A stretch of 64,000 nucleotides of DNA from Macrostomum lignano (taxonomy: Eukaryota), in the NCBI GenBank assembly GCA_002269645.1, contig NIVC01000686.1, positions 1 to 64,000 on the forward strand. Reading direction: 5' to 3'. Of this stretch, positions 1 to 13,281 are shown piece by piece. The translations under genes were made by a program, and so were the position numbers. Under the pieces are notes generated by a model. The model was given only the letters and a program-made list of their open reading frames with translations, was not told the DNA's origin and searched no databases. How positions within the stretch are numbered: the stretch's first letter is position 1; every line of letters begins with the position of its first letter.

Positions 1-789
1 TTAGACATGACTATCAAGCAATGAGGACGAAAACAATGCTTCATTTGCAACTGCTGAAGAGGTGCAAAATCTGGTCTGGAATCGTTGGCCATACGCTAGG
101 CTGTCGAACGAACATCAAGGGCTTCTGATTGAAGCAACGTTTCGACCATACTAAAATGCTCTTTGTTATAGTTGAGCAGATTGCATTTTTGACGTCACCT
201 TGCACTGGTAAAGTGAAAAATTGCATTACAAACTCGTGATAGGGTTTCATAGCCGCTATGGACCAAATTGATGCCTGTTGGACCAATATTAATGCTGCAG
301 TGCCATGCCAGCCTTGCTACCAAAGACAAAAGCTCCATTACTTTGGGAAGCATCTTTAAGGATTAAGTTAAATGCGCATATGCCCTAAAATGGCTGGAAA
401 AAGCTATAATAATCACAATAAGAATAAATCTAGTATCAATAGAATATGAGATATATGGCTGGTATGTCTGAAAGCACTTTTTTATCCCAGCGAACATAAC
501 ACATTGAGCAGTAGTGCAATTCAACCACAGAAAAATTCAAATTCAACCATCTGCCTGTCTGTCGTGGATATTTTTATCGGCCGATTCAGTATCGATTACT
601 TAAGATTTAAAAACTCAAATGTTCAAAGACTTACAGAGATTAAGACAAACTTTAAAACTCAAAGCTGAACCCTGATTAAATATTTCTAGCGGAAAAGACC
701 ATTTTAGTGTATGGATATAGAAAATATAGAAAATTCTGTGAAATCGTAATAACATCAAACCAATCAACTCTAGCTGATTATTGATTTTT

Positions 790-1407
790 TTAGATTTCAG
801 AATGACTTGCAAAGAAATTCATAAAAATCATCGAAAACCAAACTTGCCTGAAAGAAACCTGTGAAGCCTTTTTAAAGAGATCGTCTATTCCGATTCGATG
901 CAAGGCCGAGCACTCCAGATAGGCGACAGCGCCGATCTCCTTGGCCAGGTCATCGCCCTGGGTTGGAGCTATCGGGACTAGTCTCATGCGTCGCAACCTC
1001 TTCAGAGCGACTGGGTCAGTCCGCAAGTCTGCTTTGGTCCCAACCAAAATAATTGGGGCGTCAGGGCAGTAGCGAGCCACCTCCGGCCGCCAGCGGTTAA
1101 GCACGCTGTCGAAAGTGGATGGACTGGCTATGGAAAAGCAGATGAGGATGACGCCCGCCAGTCCGTAGCTCTCTGGCCGCACTCTGTCGAAGTCCCTCGA
1201 GCCGCTGAGGTCCCACAGACCGAGGTCGGCGCTGCCATCCGAGCTAGGAATACAATCGTCAGCTTCAGTAGGAACATAGTCAGCAGGACAGATGCGTTTG
1301 GCATGGGACAAAATCAGACAGGTTTTGCCCACGCCTTCGTCACCGATCAGCACGATCTTCCGCTTTGTTGTTGGTTGCCTTAACTCTTGCTCCGATACTT
1401 TGTCCAT
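790..1407 (-). CDS. Divergent Rho-family GTPase, predicted GTPase-deficient, no CAAX (array copy R1)
   Basis: Intronless ORF, likely start MDKVSEQ at 1407. P-loop GDEGVGKT, switch I YVPT, switch II WDLSGS, G4 TKAD, G5 ECSAL. Ends in ASHSEI with no CAAX; a 3' splice (CAG/GTTTCT or CAA/GTTTGG) is not excluded. Confidence 0.85.
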   Translation of the reverse strand: MDKVSEQELRQPTTKRKIVLIGDEGVGKTCLILSHAKRICPADYVPTEADDCIPSSDGSADLGLWDLSGSRDFDRVRPESYGLAGVILICFSIASPSTFDSVLNRWRPEVARYCPDAPIILVGTKADLRTDPVALKRLRRMRLVPIAPTQGDDLAKEIGAVAYLECSALHRIGIDDLFKKASQVSFRQVWFSMIFMNFFASHSEI

Positions 1408-2663
1408 TTTTGTTGACGCAAAATCAGCATGTTTTCTTTCCTCCTCGCTGTAGAAATGTGCGTTTACATTGTACAACTTAGTTAGCTTAGGGCTTTGTGC
1501 TCTGCATGGCAAGTACACCAGAAGCTAGCACAGAGACAAACAGTTATGCCCAGTCCGTTGATCCCTAAATACACACACACTACAGGGGGAAGTACGAGCT
1601 ACAGCGGCTCTGACAGTCTCATTGACAGTCTCATTGAGTCTCTGGACACTACACTTAGGTTTGTCAGGGGCTTGAATCACACACCATAAACCTAAGATGA
1701 ATTCAAAGACGTGCACAAAGTGAAAATTAATATAGCCCTAGATATAAATCGAGCCCAGACCGCTTTGCTTCCAAGAGTGTACAAATTACAACTATTAAGA
1801 ATGATTGTCTGCAAAGGATTTCCTGCTCACCCATTAGCACTGTTCTCCGCAAGGTCATCCCTCTGCTGTAGAATATCAGTTTGAACTGCGTGCTTGAGTT
1901 CGGTCTTCTCATAGTGTCGATTGTTCGAACTAGCGTTGTTTCCGTTCGATTCATCGTCCGAATCAACAATCTCGTATTCCGAACAGGGTTCAGCTTCCGG
2001 ACTAAAAATGTGTTTGATTATTTTCAACGTTGAACTGTGGCTCTGCATCTGAGGAAAAATGGTTGGATTACTCACGCAGTCAAAATACCCGTCGCTGCAT
2101 CCTGAAGTAAATCGTATACACAGTCATCATTGTCGCAATCTTTAGTTGGTGCATCGATTATGGAACTATAAATTGAAAGCACAAAGTCAATTGCGGATAT
2201 CTGGCAATAGCAGGGGCCTGCGAATTTTTTATGAAGACTTCGAGTATTACTTACAAATCATAACTTAGTTTGAACACTGGGTTCATTTTCCAGGATTCCC
2301 TTATCGAGCGGAAGAAAGACCTGATGCCGAGAAGCCTCCTAGAAATCAGTCGTGCAAGTTTCCAGAGTAACTTGAAGAAATCACTGAGAAAAAACAATTC
2401 ATCAGGTGCAATACCGTACCAATGGCAACTTTGTACTGATAACCTCAGCTAAGGTCCTGGAGATGTTTATGTCTTAGGAAACTTTTCTCTTGGAATATCT
2501 TTACATATCTGTCTAGTTGAATCACGCTTTTCACATGTAACTATGTGATGGCCACTCTATCACGTTTACAATGCAAGTATTCGCGTCAGTTAATATGAGA
2601 TTTACTAATATTTACTGATTCCATGACTTTTACTATCAAAGAATATACTTTAAAATTAAATTT

Positions 2664-3323
2664 TTATTGACAAGCGTACCTTCTGTGATTTGGTTTCCGT
2701 GCCACTGTGACTGAATCTCTTGGAGATCCCGAAACACTGCTTCTTACGATTGCGCCGATGACTTCAGTCAGACCATCACAAGTCAGGGCGGAGCACTCAA
2801 GGTAACTCATTGCATTGATTTTCTTTGCCATTGTCATGCCCTGCTGATTTGTTATGGGTGCCTGATCCCTCTCCTTTAACCTGACGATTGTTGAGCTGTC
2901 GTTTCGCAGGTCCAGCTTCGTTCCAACAAGAATGATTGGAATTTCTGGACAGCGTTGACTCAACTCAGCGTGCCACCTTGTCTGTACGCTCTCAAAGCTG
3001 CCCTGTCCGACTAGAGAGAAACATACGAGAAGCACATCTGCTTGGGAGTAGTCAATGTTCACCTGTCTGTTTGAGTCTCCTTCGAAGCACCCTATATCCA
3101 GCAAGAAGAGCTTCCTTGTTCGTTCCAAAATGGTTGATGAGTTCTGTTTGATTAAAAAAACCAGCCTTGCTCCTTCGTGAGCTAAAGTAAGTAACAGCGA
3201 GGACTTGCCAACGGCTCTGTCTCCGACTGCAAGGCACTTGATGCTGGTTTGAACTCGGCTCGGCTCCGGTGAACTCTCCTGATGCGTCGGGCTCCATGAC
3301 CAGGAGCACCACTTTCGTGGCAT
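2664..3323 (-). CDS. Highly divergent Rac-derived pseudo-GTPase (R2)
   Basis: First ATG at 3323 (MPRKW). IKCLAVGDRAVGKS P-loop, Rac-like [12 protein letters not shown] and [20 protein letters not shown]. Switch I (YxPT) and DxxG are lost (LDIGCF). Ends YACQ; a possible donor AG/GTACGC lies just before the stop. Confidence 0.8.
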   Translation of the reverse strand: MPRKWCSWSWSPTHQESSPEPSRVQTSIKCLAVGDRAVGKSSLLLTLAHEGARLVFLIKQNSSTILERTRKLFLLDIGCFEGDSNRQVNIDYSQADVLLVCFSLVGQGSFESVQTRWHAELSQRCPEIPIILVGTKLDLRNDSSTIVRLKERDQAPITNQQGMTMAKKINAMSYLECSALTCDGLTEVIGAIVRSSVSGSPRDSVTVARKPNHRRYACQ

Positions 3324-4746
3324 TGGGGGTTTCCTTATTGCCAAATGCTGCAGTGTCTTTTAATCGAATTTCGGGTTGAAACTTTATGTAGCGGGTGCGT
3401 CCAAGTTTTAACTATGTTTTAATTAGCATCCGTTGGTTGTTTACTTCGGATACAGGGCCACTTTGGCCTCAGTCAGGGAAAGAAATGCAGATTGACCATT
3501 ATCTCAGCTCTACTGTATATTCACGGTAAGTTTCGAAGGTTAGAGCACTATCCTTTGCGGTGGCTGTACAAACTTATTTAGTGTTTGGTTCATTCGTCCT
3601 TCAAGTACAGTCGCAAGCAATGGAGTGTTCAAGCGATAAAATCGTTATCAGCTAGGCCGGACGTTAAATTGTCATCATTCAGGCAATATACAACTAATAT
3701 GAACTAGCTTCGGCACACATATATAACAGTTCGAGATTAATTAACCAATGGAACAGTATATTTTCATATTTAACAAGTTCAGATCCAGCTTAGGCAAGAA
3801 AATCTAGCTGCTAAAAAATCTGGACTTTTGTTGGCAGGCCTAGTCATGAAAAACTTCATTTAATTAAGTGATGCAACTGAGTAAAATATAAGTACACTAT
3901 AAATAAACTATAAGTAAACTTTCTAGATAACAAGTCTTGAATGCGACCGATTAGAAAGCTACTATTCGAGTAATAAGCGTAAACGAACTTTCGTCGCTAC
4001 GTGTAGTTTTGAATACTTCAGACCTGAAAAATTTATTCACATAAATAAAATTCACCCAGAATTGATTACTACTCGTAACGTGTATTCACTATCCAGCGTA
4101 TTCTTTTCGCAATAGGTAAAGAATCAGATTAACTGCTGCTAAAATCCAGGTTTTAGCTTGTTTACTCCCGGTAAGAGCATAACTAAACTACTCGGCCCAA
4201 ATTGCTCTCTCAACCGGATGTAAATTGCGACTCGTAAACGCCTGTGAGACGCTAGACCTCGTGCGACTGGCATAAGCCCCAGCTTTTTTGCTCTCTTTTT
4301 TATCTCTATATTGAGATTTAGCATTCGCTGAAAGCGTACACTCGTACGAAAACAGCCGAAATAATAATTAGTTGAAGAGAAAAACTAGTACGCTTTGAGG
4401 CTGACGCAGGCCAATTTTGTCGCGGTAACACCTCAAGCTCTTTTCACTGATTGGTTGAAGACTCGAATGTTTTCCGAGTACCCCACTCTCCCAGGTACCC
4501 ACCCAGTGACCTACAACGTCCACCTTACCCCGAGAGACTGCTGTACTATTTTTAGAAGCTGACCAAATCTGAAACTCAAATTTGAAACCCTCCCCTTGCC
4601 CTCCAGCTGTGCTGCATTTATAGCCTATTGTGCGTTGAAAAAGCAATGGCTCAGTGCTCTAGCCGACCCCAGACTGAGGCTTGATTCAGCATAAAGTGAC
4701 CTTCCTCTGTTGCGAACAGGCACACAGCTACTGATAAAACATAGCC

Positions 4747-5328
4747 ATGCAGTCAATCAAGTGCGTTGTTGTCGGCGACGGAGGTGTCGGCAAGACCTGC
4801 CTGTTGATTTCTTACACAACCAACACCTTTCCAAGCGAGTACATTCCAACAGTGTTCGACAGCTTCTCAGCAAACGTCATGGTCGATAACAAGCCCATCA
4901 ACTTAGGCCTGTGGGACACGGCAGGCCAGGATGACTACGACAGGCTGAGGCCGCTGAGCTACCCGCATACGGACGTGTTCCTGGTCTGCTTCTCCTTAGT
5001 AAGCCCAGCCAGCTATGAGAATGTCCGAGCCAAATGGTACCGGGAGGTGAGCCACCACTGTCCTAACAAGCCAATCGTGCTAGTTGGAACCAAGATGGAC
5101 CTTCGGGAGGAAAAGGATACCATTGATAAACTAAAGAGCAAGAATCAGGCTCCGATTTCTCAGGCGCAGGGCCTGGCACTAGCCAAGGAGATCAACGCGG
5201 TTAAGTACCTGGAGTGTTCAGCTCGCATGCAGATGGGACTTAAAACTGTGTTCGATGAGGCCATTCGAGCAGTGATGATGCCAACAAAGCCGCACAGGAA
5301 GCCAAACCCTAGCTGCAGCGTTCTCTAA
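4747..5328 (+). CDS. Rac: Rac-like small GTPase, 193 aa (R3)
   Basis: All G boxes intact ([28 protein letters not shown]), Rho insert present, CAAX = CSVL. Intronless. Confidence 0.95.
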   Translation: MQSIKCVVVGDGGVGKTCLLISYTTNTFPSEYIPTVFDSFSANVMVDNKPINLGLWDTAGQDDYDRLRPLSYPHTDVFLVCFSLVSPASYENVRAKWYREVSHHCPNKPIVLVGTKMDLREEKDTIDKLKSKNQAPISQAQGLALAKEINAVKYLECSARMQMGLKTVFDEAIRAVMMPTKPHRKPNPSCSVL

Positions 5329-6562
5329 GAACTAAGCTGGAAAACAGGAACATATGGACCATAAATTTACAGAAATCATGACGCACTAATCATTCCAATC
5401 TTTCAGTAGACTTTTCACCATGGATTTCAGCATCTTTGTGTTTGTGCATACAATTTTAAAGCAGAACTAGAATAATACATATACTCTGTCGTTAATTGTT
5501 GGCGGACATGCGTTTAGTTCGTCGTACGCACGCGTTTGCATAAAATAAACTAAATTAGGAAATTTTGTGCGGAATTAATTTTTCCTGACTTGCTGCTTGC
5601 TCGTCCGCTCCTCGAAAACCAAAACGGCTCATTGCATCCCCAAAAAGCGAAACAGCATGTAGCCTCTGCGCAGTTTGCGGAGCAAGGGCGGCAGCGACTG
5701 TTGCCCGATGCTTAGTTGTGAGATAAGATGCGCAAATGACAATAACAAATTTGCATTTAAATGTTACTGCAGCTACAGGCGCAAACAAACGGGTCAGTGT
5801 TTTCTCCGTTGCTTTAAATTGTTTCATGTTTTAACTCTATTCAAGCCTAGAAAAAAATGGACAGTTTTAAGAGAAGTTTTTATTCTGTCTACATTTAAAT
5901 GGAGAACTTGATTTGACTAGGAAATGTCATCTCCAAGTAAACATTCTTGTCATCTAAGCTTCAAGCTAAGAAATGAAGCAAACAGTAACGACTCAATATT
6001 CCTTAAGTTATCAAAGAAAAGACAGGAAAGAAGAGAGAAAAGAGAGAGCTTTCTCAAGACCAACGTGCACTCAGTAGCAGCAAGCATCTTCGCTCGAGGG
6101 GTCATGATTACTCAGAAAAAAAAGTTTAAATGATAGATGCTGTACAAAATAATGGACAGACTTCTTACGCTAAATTTAACCTAATTAGTCAGAGCCAAAA
6201 TAAAAGTTTTCTGTTTGAAAGAGCCCCGAGGTATGCCTTTCTCGAGTGTACAGACAGGGACAGAGTGGAAGAGGGTTTGGACAAACCGCTCGCCTGCGGC
6301 ACTCTACACGGGCGCAGCCAGTACGCTGGTGAAGAAAGAAGCCGAATTTCTTGCGCACTGCACATAAAAGCAGGAACGCTATTTGCAGAACATATGCCAT
6401 TACTGTGCTATTTACTTTGCTTCCACGAGAAACCTTCCAAATAAACCAAACGAGACACACTCTGCTCTATCTTCATCTGGTTCGCTCTATACTCTATACG
6501 AGTTGCAACTTAGACTCCCCCAGCCCCAAAAGTTTAGAGTGGCTGGCCAAAGGCAATAGCAA

Positions 6563-7188
6563 ATGTCTAATAACGCTAACAGCAGCAACAGAGTAGATAC
6601 GCTCAAAGTCGTTCTAGTTGGCGATGGCTCCGTTGGCAAGACCTGCATGCTAAGCGTCTACATGAAGAAAGGCTTCCCGACGACTTATGTGCCAACGATT
6701 GTTGACAACTTCTCGTACGACGTCACAGTAGACAGCCGGCCAGTGCGACTGCAGCTGTGGGACACGGCAGGCCAGGAGGACTACGACAGACTGCGACCAC
6801 TCAGCTATCCAACACCGACGTGTTCGTAGTGTGCTTTTCAGTTGACGGCCGGAACAGCTTCAAGAATGTGCGCGATAAGTGGCGCCCAGAGCTGGGGCAC
6901 TATGGCCCAAGCGTGCCCATCATCTTAGTGGCCACCAAAGCCGATCTTCGTACTGACTCGGCTGCCATCGACTATCTGAAACGGCAAAATATCACCATGG
7001 TTGACAGCAGCGAGGGACGAGCAATGGCGACAGAAATTGGCGCCAAAACGTACGTAGAGTGTTCAGCACTGACTGGGCACGGCCTGCAGCAGGTTATGGA
7101 GGAGGCTGTGCGAGCCCACCTAATGGCTAAAGGCATCTGCGGCAAGAAGAAGAAAAATAATAAGACGAGACCTTGCACTCTGCTGTAA
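6563..7188 (+). pseudogene. RhoL-like GTPase split by a 1-bp frameshift (R4); pseudogene or sequencing error
   Basis: ORF 6563 runs to LRPLSYP; the other frame continues NTDVFVVCF...KTRPCTLL*. The junction TATCCAACACCGAC (~6806-6819) lacks one base relative to TAT CCA AAC ACC GAC. CAAX CTLL is intact. Confidence 0.85.
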
Positions 7189-9116
7189 CTCCACTGAGAA
7201 GTTTCTGTAAAAAACTAAATTTTTATTTAATCGTTTGATAACTATGCTTTAGTGTGTAATTTTATACATTACTGCTAATCTCAGCCCAAAATATATTCGT
7301 ACAGTGCTCACGCAGAGTACGCGTCGTAGCTACTACAGTATTAACTGAATGAATGGGCAATAAATTTCTTGCGCTCTTGACAGCCACATAGCAACAATAA
7401 ACGTGACGAAATACCGAACATTGCACATCCTTGAGATGCACGGACTGTATCCGCTTTTTAGCAAAGTATCCTCACTTTTCTCTCATTGGTGCAGTCTGTA
7501 TATCATAGAGAATATGATACGATCGTATAGCAACCAAAAGTAGACTATACATGCATGGCATACTTCGTAAAAATGGCTAATCTCTTGAGACTAGTGCGTT
7601 GAATTTTGAATGCATCATGCAGTGCTCGGATTATGGCTCTAGACACCATTTCGAAGAAATGAAGCATTTGACTGAGTGAAGTTACGTGTTATGCTTAGTT
7701 GCAATTTGGAAAGTCACAGATAAATAGAGTTAGTACATTTGATAAAACAAAGATAAGTCACACCACAGAGAGAATGAAGAAAGAGAAAAATACACAGCAA
7801 GGGTAGACAAGATAATGACTGTGCTAATTTCTTCAACTATAATCATAGGCCTGAACTCGAGAAGACTTTAGTCAACGAATAGCGAACAGACAAACTATCA
7901 AGTAACCAGTATTTCAGAAATTGCAGGCTGGCAGTACAAATTTCAGAGTTGCCAAAAGTTGAGATTGTATTCTATGCAGGTTTGAGCTATCTATATTGTA
8001 CAGAAAAGTGAGCGAATGCAATGCATGCTGTGCAGAAATTGTCCTTGTGAACCTCTTCCGACCTGATCGAATTTTGCTTCAGTTCAGTTCCTGCTCAACT
8101 CATCATGCACTGCTTACAGGGATTTCAAACTTTTTGGGGTGACTTATCAATCGGTAGGGTGGGTTCGGGCATCGATCAACTTTGAAGCAAATCGAGGAAA
8201 TCGAACTTTAAACATAAGTTTGCAGTGCAAGCCAGGAGCTGATAAGGTTAGCACTGTCAAAGAAAAGCTTTAACCACCGTCAGTCTGCTAGAGAATCATT
8301 TGGATCGATATTTCAACGTCGAAGAATACAAAGAAGTACTTGTAGAGAGATGGATTTGCTAGTCATTCAATGCATGATACGTATTACGATCCCATATTTA
8401 TCTAGGCAAAACTTTTTACTTCAAGGGCCAGATGAAGCATCCAGCTCATGACTCAGATGAGAGTGGAAAGGAAAAGGAATAGATGATAGAAGAGTGAATT
8501 TAAAGATGGGATGAGAGAAGAGAATAGGAGGGAAGACGAGAGAATGGAGAGAGCGGAGAGGGGATAGGGGAGAGAATGGAGAGGGAGAGGGGAAAGGGAA
8601 GAGGGGACAGACATTAACCTTAAGCGAGCCAGATTGCTATTGTAAAGTTTTAAAGGACCCGAGGGCCATATAGAGACGCTTTGAGGGCCGTATGTGGGAA
8701 CGCGGACCGGAGTTTGCCGACCCCTGATCCAGATACCCCACTTTTTGATTCAGTTTAAAGGTGCTGCATTGCAATGCTCAGGAAAACTAAATGACTGTAC
8801 TACTCGTATTTATTCGAATCCGCTTCAATTAAAGCTGCAATGCGGGGCCAGACTTGCTCGTATGCACGAATGTTGAGCTATAGAAATTTTCAGTTATAAT
8901 TAGAAACTAAAGAACGCAAGTTTATGAGAAGATGAACAGACAATTAGCTGCATGCACGCCCGGTATAAGAAGCTGTTCAGCATGTCGGAGAAATTCAGAA
9001 ACTTCTGTGCGCGAAAGGACCACAGCTATTAGAAAGTTCCCTTTGATTTACTACGTTTATAAAAAGCAAAGTTCTAAACCACATTCGAGCGTATCAGCAC
9101 ATTAGTGCCTCAAAAC

Positions 9117-9797
9117 ATGTCGAACACAGTCACGATAAAGTTAGTGCTGGTTGGTGACGGCACAGTTGGCAAGACCAGCATGGTCCTGGTCTACACATCG
9201 AACAAATTTCCGGAAGAGTACACGCCAACCGTGGCCGACACCAGCTCGTACCATGTTTCAGTTGACGGAAAGGCAGTAAGGCTGTCCATATACGACACGG
9301 CCGGGCAGGAGAGCTACGACAGACTGCGGCCATTGGGTTACAAAGACACCAACGTATTCTTGCTGTGCTATTCAGTGGATAACAGAGATAGCTGTCAAAA
9401 CGTAAAAGCCAAGTGGGTGCCGGAGTTGCGTCACTTCGGCGGGTTCAGCCGTTCTCCGGTAGTTCTCGTTGCAACCAAGACCGATACCCGGGACGATCAA
9501 GTCGGCGGAGAAGCGGTAAAGGACCCGATTTCCACAGCTGAAGGCAAACAACTGGCCAAAGAAATCAAAGCCGACCGTTTTGTCGAGTGTTCAGCTAAGA
9601 TGAGGAAAAACTTGGACGCCGTCTTCAACGAGGCTGTACGGGCACACTACCACGCGCTGCAGGACGACGGCAAGAAGAAAAAGAAGCAACTCTCCTGCGG
9701 CCTGCTGTTCGCCTCCTACGACCAATTCTTAGCACGATTACGATTGCTCATGTATGATACTCCAGTTTGCAACTTTTATGCCCCTCTACTCATGTAA
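9117..9797 (+). CDS. RhoL-like GTPase with stop-loss C-terminal extension (R5)
   Basis: ATG at 9117. GDGTVGKT, YTPTVAD, YDTAGQ, shortened insert. The paralog's CGLL-TAG reads CGLL-TTC here, adding 29 aa. Confidence 0.88.
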   Translation: MSNTVTIKLVLVGDGTVGKTSMVLVYTSNKFPEEYTPTVADTSSYHVSVDGKAVRLSIYDTAGQESYDRLRPLGYKDTNVFLLCYSVDNRDSCQNVKAKWVPELRHFGGFSRSPVVLVATKTDTRDDQVGGEAVKDPISTAEGKQLAKEIKADRFVECSAKMRKNLDAVFNEAVRAHYHALQDDGKKKKKQLSCGLLFASYDQFLARLRLLMYDTPVCNFYAPLLM

Positions 9798-10632
9798 CCA
9801 AGCTTGCGTTACGAGCCAGCAGTAGGCGGAGAGAACACTGCTTTTGCTTTTCACGAATAGAACAGTGCAAACTCTCCAGTCTACAATGCTGAAATCCCGC
9901 TGAAAATTTGTCACATTTTTGCTGCAAGACTTACAGTAAGTAAAAAAAACATTGAGGATTGACAATAATTTGACGAACCAGTTGATTCGCCCGAATAGGG
10001 TATTAAAAAATTAACAAATTTTTATCCGTTTCAGTTTTTAAATCGAACTAGCACGAGTTCCTGCACATAAATCTCATCAAGGACTATAAATTCTAGAATA
10101 GAAAATAAAACCACCATTGAAATGTTTTCAGGACTTCCCATTTGAGCGCAGCAGAAACTACAAAGCTTACTTTCTAAGCTATTATGTAAGTCAATCTGCC
10201 CGTAGCATCACGTATCACTGATATGCTCGCACTTAATAAACAGCTTAATAGTAAAGCGGCCTATTCGTCAAAGTTGTTTTGAGAACTTTAAATTGCAAAA
10301 AACAAACTCCTGCGTATGACCATTGACCGTGTATAAACTGTACTGCAAACTGCTGTACCAACAGCAAAAGCTCGAGCAATTGGCTTTCGTGCACCCCATT
10401 TTCCTGCTAACTACTAGGAATGAAGTGTACGTACATGCGAGTGCGCGAATTCTTTGCACAAGTTCTGTAGCAACTGTGCAAAATCTTAGATTTAAACTGG
10501 ACACTTTTAACTGCCCACTAAAACACAGATCACATGACGAAAACTTGAAAATGCAGCAAGACTCCGTCTTCTCGCTAGGGCATATTGCTTGCCTGTTTTG
10601 ACGCGATAACCCCCCTCGACAAAGCAAAAGAT

Positions 10633-11307
<675 letters not shown>

Positions 11308-12057
11308 CTACTAACAGTAGCGCAGCTCTGAAAGAGATTAATCTGAAAGAAGAACTAAAAAAAATAAGGATTAATTTGTCGATAATAACGATATAAGACA
11401 CTAAGCCTATTACTACAAAAGTAATAAAGAGGAGCTTGAAGTCAATTTAATACCAAGGACAATGACAACTAAAGCAACTTACGAGTATATACAAGACGCG
11501 ACACTCAAAATCTATGGAAAATGTTTTGAAGGCCACTTTTCACCGAAAAATACCCCACGGAGATAGAAGTTTTTGATTTTTCAGCACAAAAATTATTACT
11601 TTCGATAGGACGCAAATCCAATGTTTATCTGTTGATATGTTGTGCTTTTCTTATACCTCGTAGCTCTATTGATATTCATTAAGCTTTTGGGTCAGAAAAT
11701 CAGGATTCTAATGTTAATTTTTATCCTACGTGTATTTCCTGTACCCTAAAAATAAAAAAAATACAAGACACAGCTCGAATCTTTGGTTTTGATAATCTAT
11801 TTTATAATCTCTGTCACACATATTGTTACACAGTCATCTAAGAATGGCAAAATAGATTCATAAAACCAATGAGCTGAGCCGTGCCATTTCACATGGGATT
11901 AATGTACATACACCAGTACATATTGAGGTATGCTACGTATATAACACGCTTAGGATAGCGTTTTCATATACTACTTACTTCATTTTCAGATAGTAGTATA
12001 ATTTGCGTTTTTTGCATCAAATCTGCCTAAAAATCAATACTTAACTGCGCATTACGT

Positions 12058-12635
12058 AGTAACAGTCTCCTCAATAATCTGCAACAATCTTCTCACTAAT
12101 CCCTAGTCTCCTCACTAATCTGCAACAGGCTACTCACTAATCCCTAGTCTCCTCACTAATCTGCAACAATCTTCTCACTAATCACTAGTCTCCTCAATAA
12201 TCTGCAACAATCTTCTCACTAATCCCTAGTCTCCTCACTAATCTGCAACAGGCTACTCACTAATCTGCAAAAGTCTCCTCGCTAATCTGCAACAGTCTCC
12301 TCACTAATCTGCAACAGTCTCCTCACTAATCTGCAACAATCTTCTCACTAATCACTAGTCTCCTCACTAATCTGCAACAATCTTCTCACTAATCCCTAGT
12401 CTCCTCACTAATCTGCAACAATCTTCTCACTAATCACTAGTCTCCTCAATAATCTGCAACAATCTTCTCACTAATCCCTAGTCTCCTCACTAATCTGCAA
12501 CAGGCTACTCACTAATCTGCAAAAGTCTCCTCGCTAATCTGCAACAGGCTACTCACTAATCTGCAACAGTCTCCTCGCTAATCTGCAACAGGCTACTCAC
12601 TAATCTGCAACAGTCTCCTCGCTAATCTGCAACAA
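12058..12635. repeat. 22-bp minisatellite (CTAATCTGCAACAGTCTCCTCA), duplicate of 23200-24325
   Basis: Tandem units visible, with copy-specific variants such as CTAATCCCTAGTCTCCTCA. Confidence 0.95.
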
Positions 12636-12673
12636 TCTCCAGGAATACACAGACAAATTAAGCGCAAACAAAC

Positions 12674-12850
12674 CAAAATAATTAGGCAGCACAACAACAG
12701 CCAGCAGGTAGCAGAGCAGACTGAGCAGCTCCGCTACAGACATCAGCCAATGCCAGGTGCGCACAGTGCAGGCCACCATGAGCAGTTCGTTGAGCACAAT
12801 CGCAATGAACACTATGCTGTTCTTAGAAATGGTGTCTCGAATAGCCAGCC
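12674..12850 (-). pseudogene. Orphan partial copy of ATP9 exon 24374-24635
   Basis: Encodes [43 protein letters not shown], nearly identical to the ATP9 exon, with the same donor and an adjacent copy of the same intronic minisatellite. Confidence 0.9.
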
Positions 12851-13281
12851 ATAGTTTTAAACCTGTAACAGGTCGTTTATCGGTAGTCTCTGATAACCTC
12901 TCACGCCAACTACCTTACACGCCTGCTACCCCCACTGCCACAACAGACAGAAGCTTTGAAGAACTGAGACACGTCGTCTTCTTAGGTTTGAGCTTTGTAT
13001 TTAAAACCCTCGGCATTGTGCTCGGGGGTAGTGTTGGGTGGTGGCGGGGTATTTTTCCGCCCTACCCATCCTTTTTGCTTTTTTCATAGTTTGCTGTTAG
13101 ACGAATTAACACAGAGGGGGCACGCAAGGGGTACGAAGCTGTGCTAGTGCAGGTAAATGGGTGCGTCTAGCATTATAAATACTCGTATCTATGATAAGTT
13201 TGTAATAGCATAGCTCGTATCAGTATTTTGAACGCCGATAAGAACACATTCGAGTGTATCAGCACGCTAGTGCCTCAAAAC

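Noticed and set aside
1-300. Short ORFs at the window start, including a + strand WNRWPY segment
   Set aside because: Too short and truncated by the window; resemblance to the RhoBTB tail is not supportable.
6790-6830. Programmed ribosomal frameshift in R4
   Set aside because: No slippery heptamer or evident downstream structure; a simple indel is more parsimonious.
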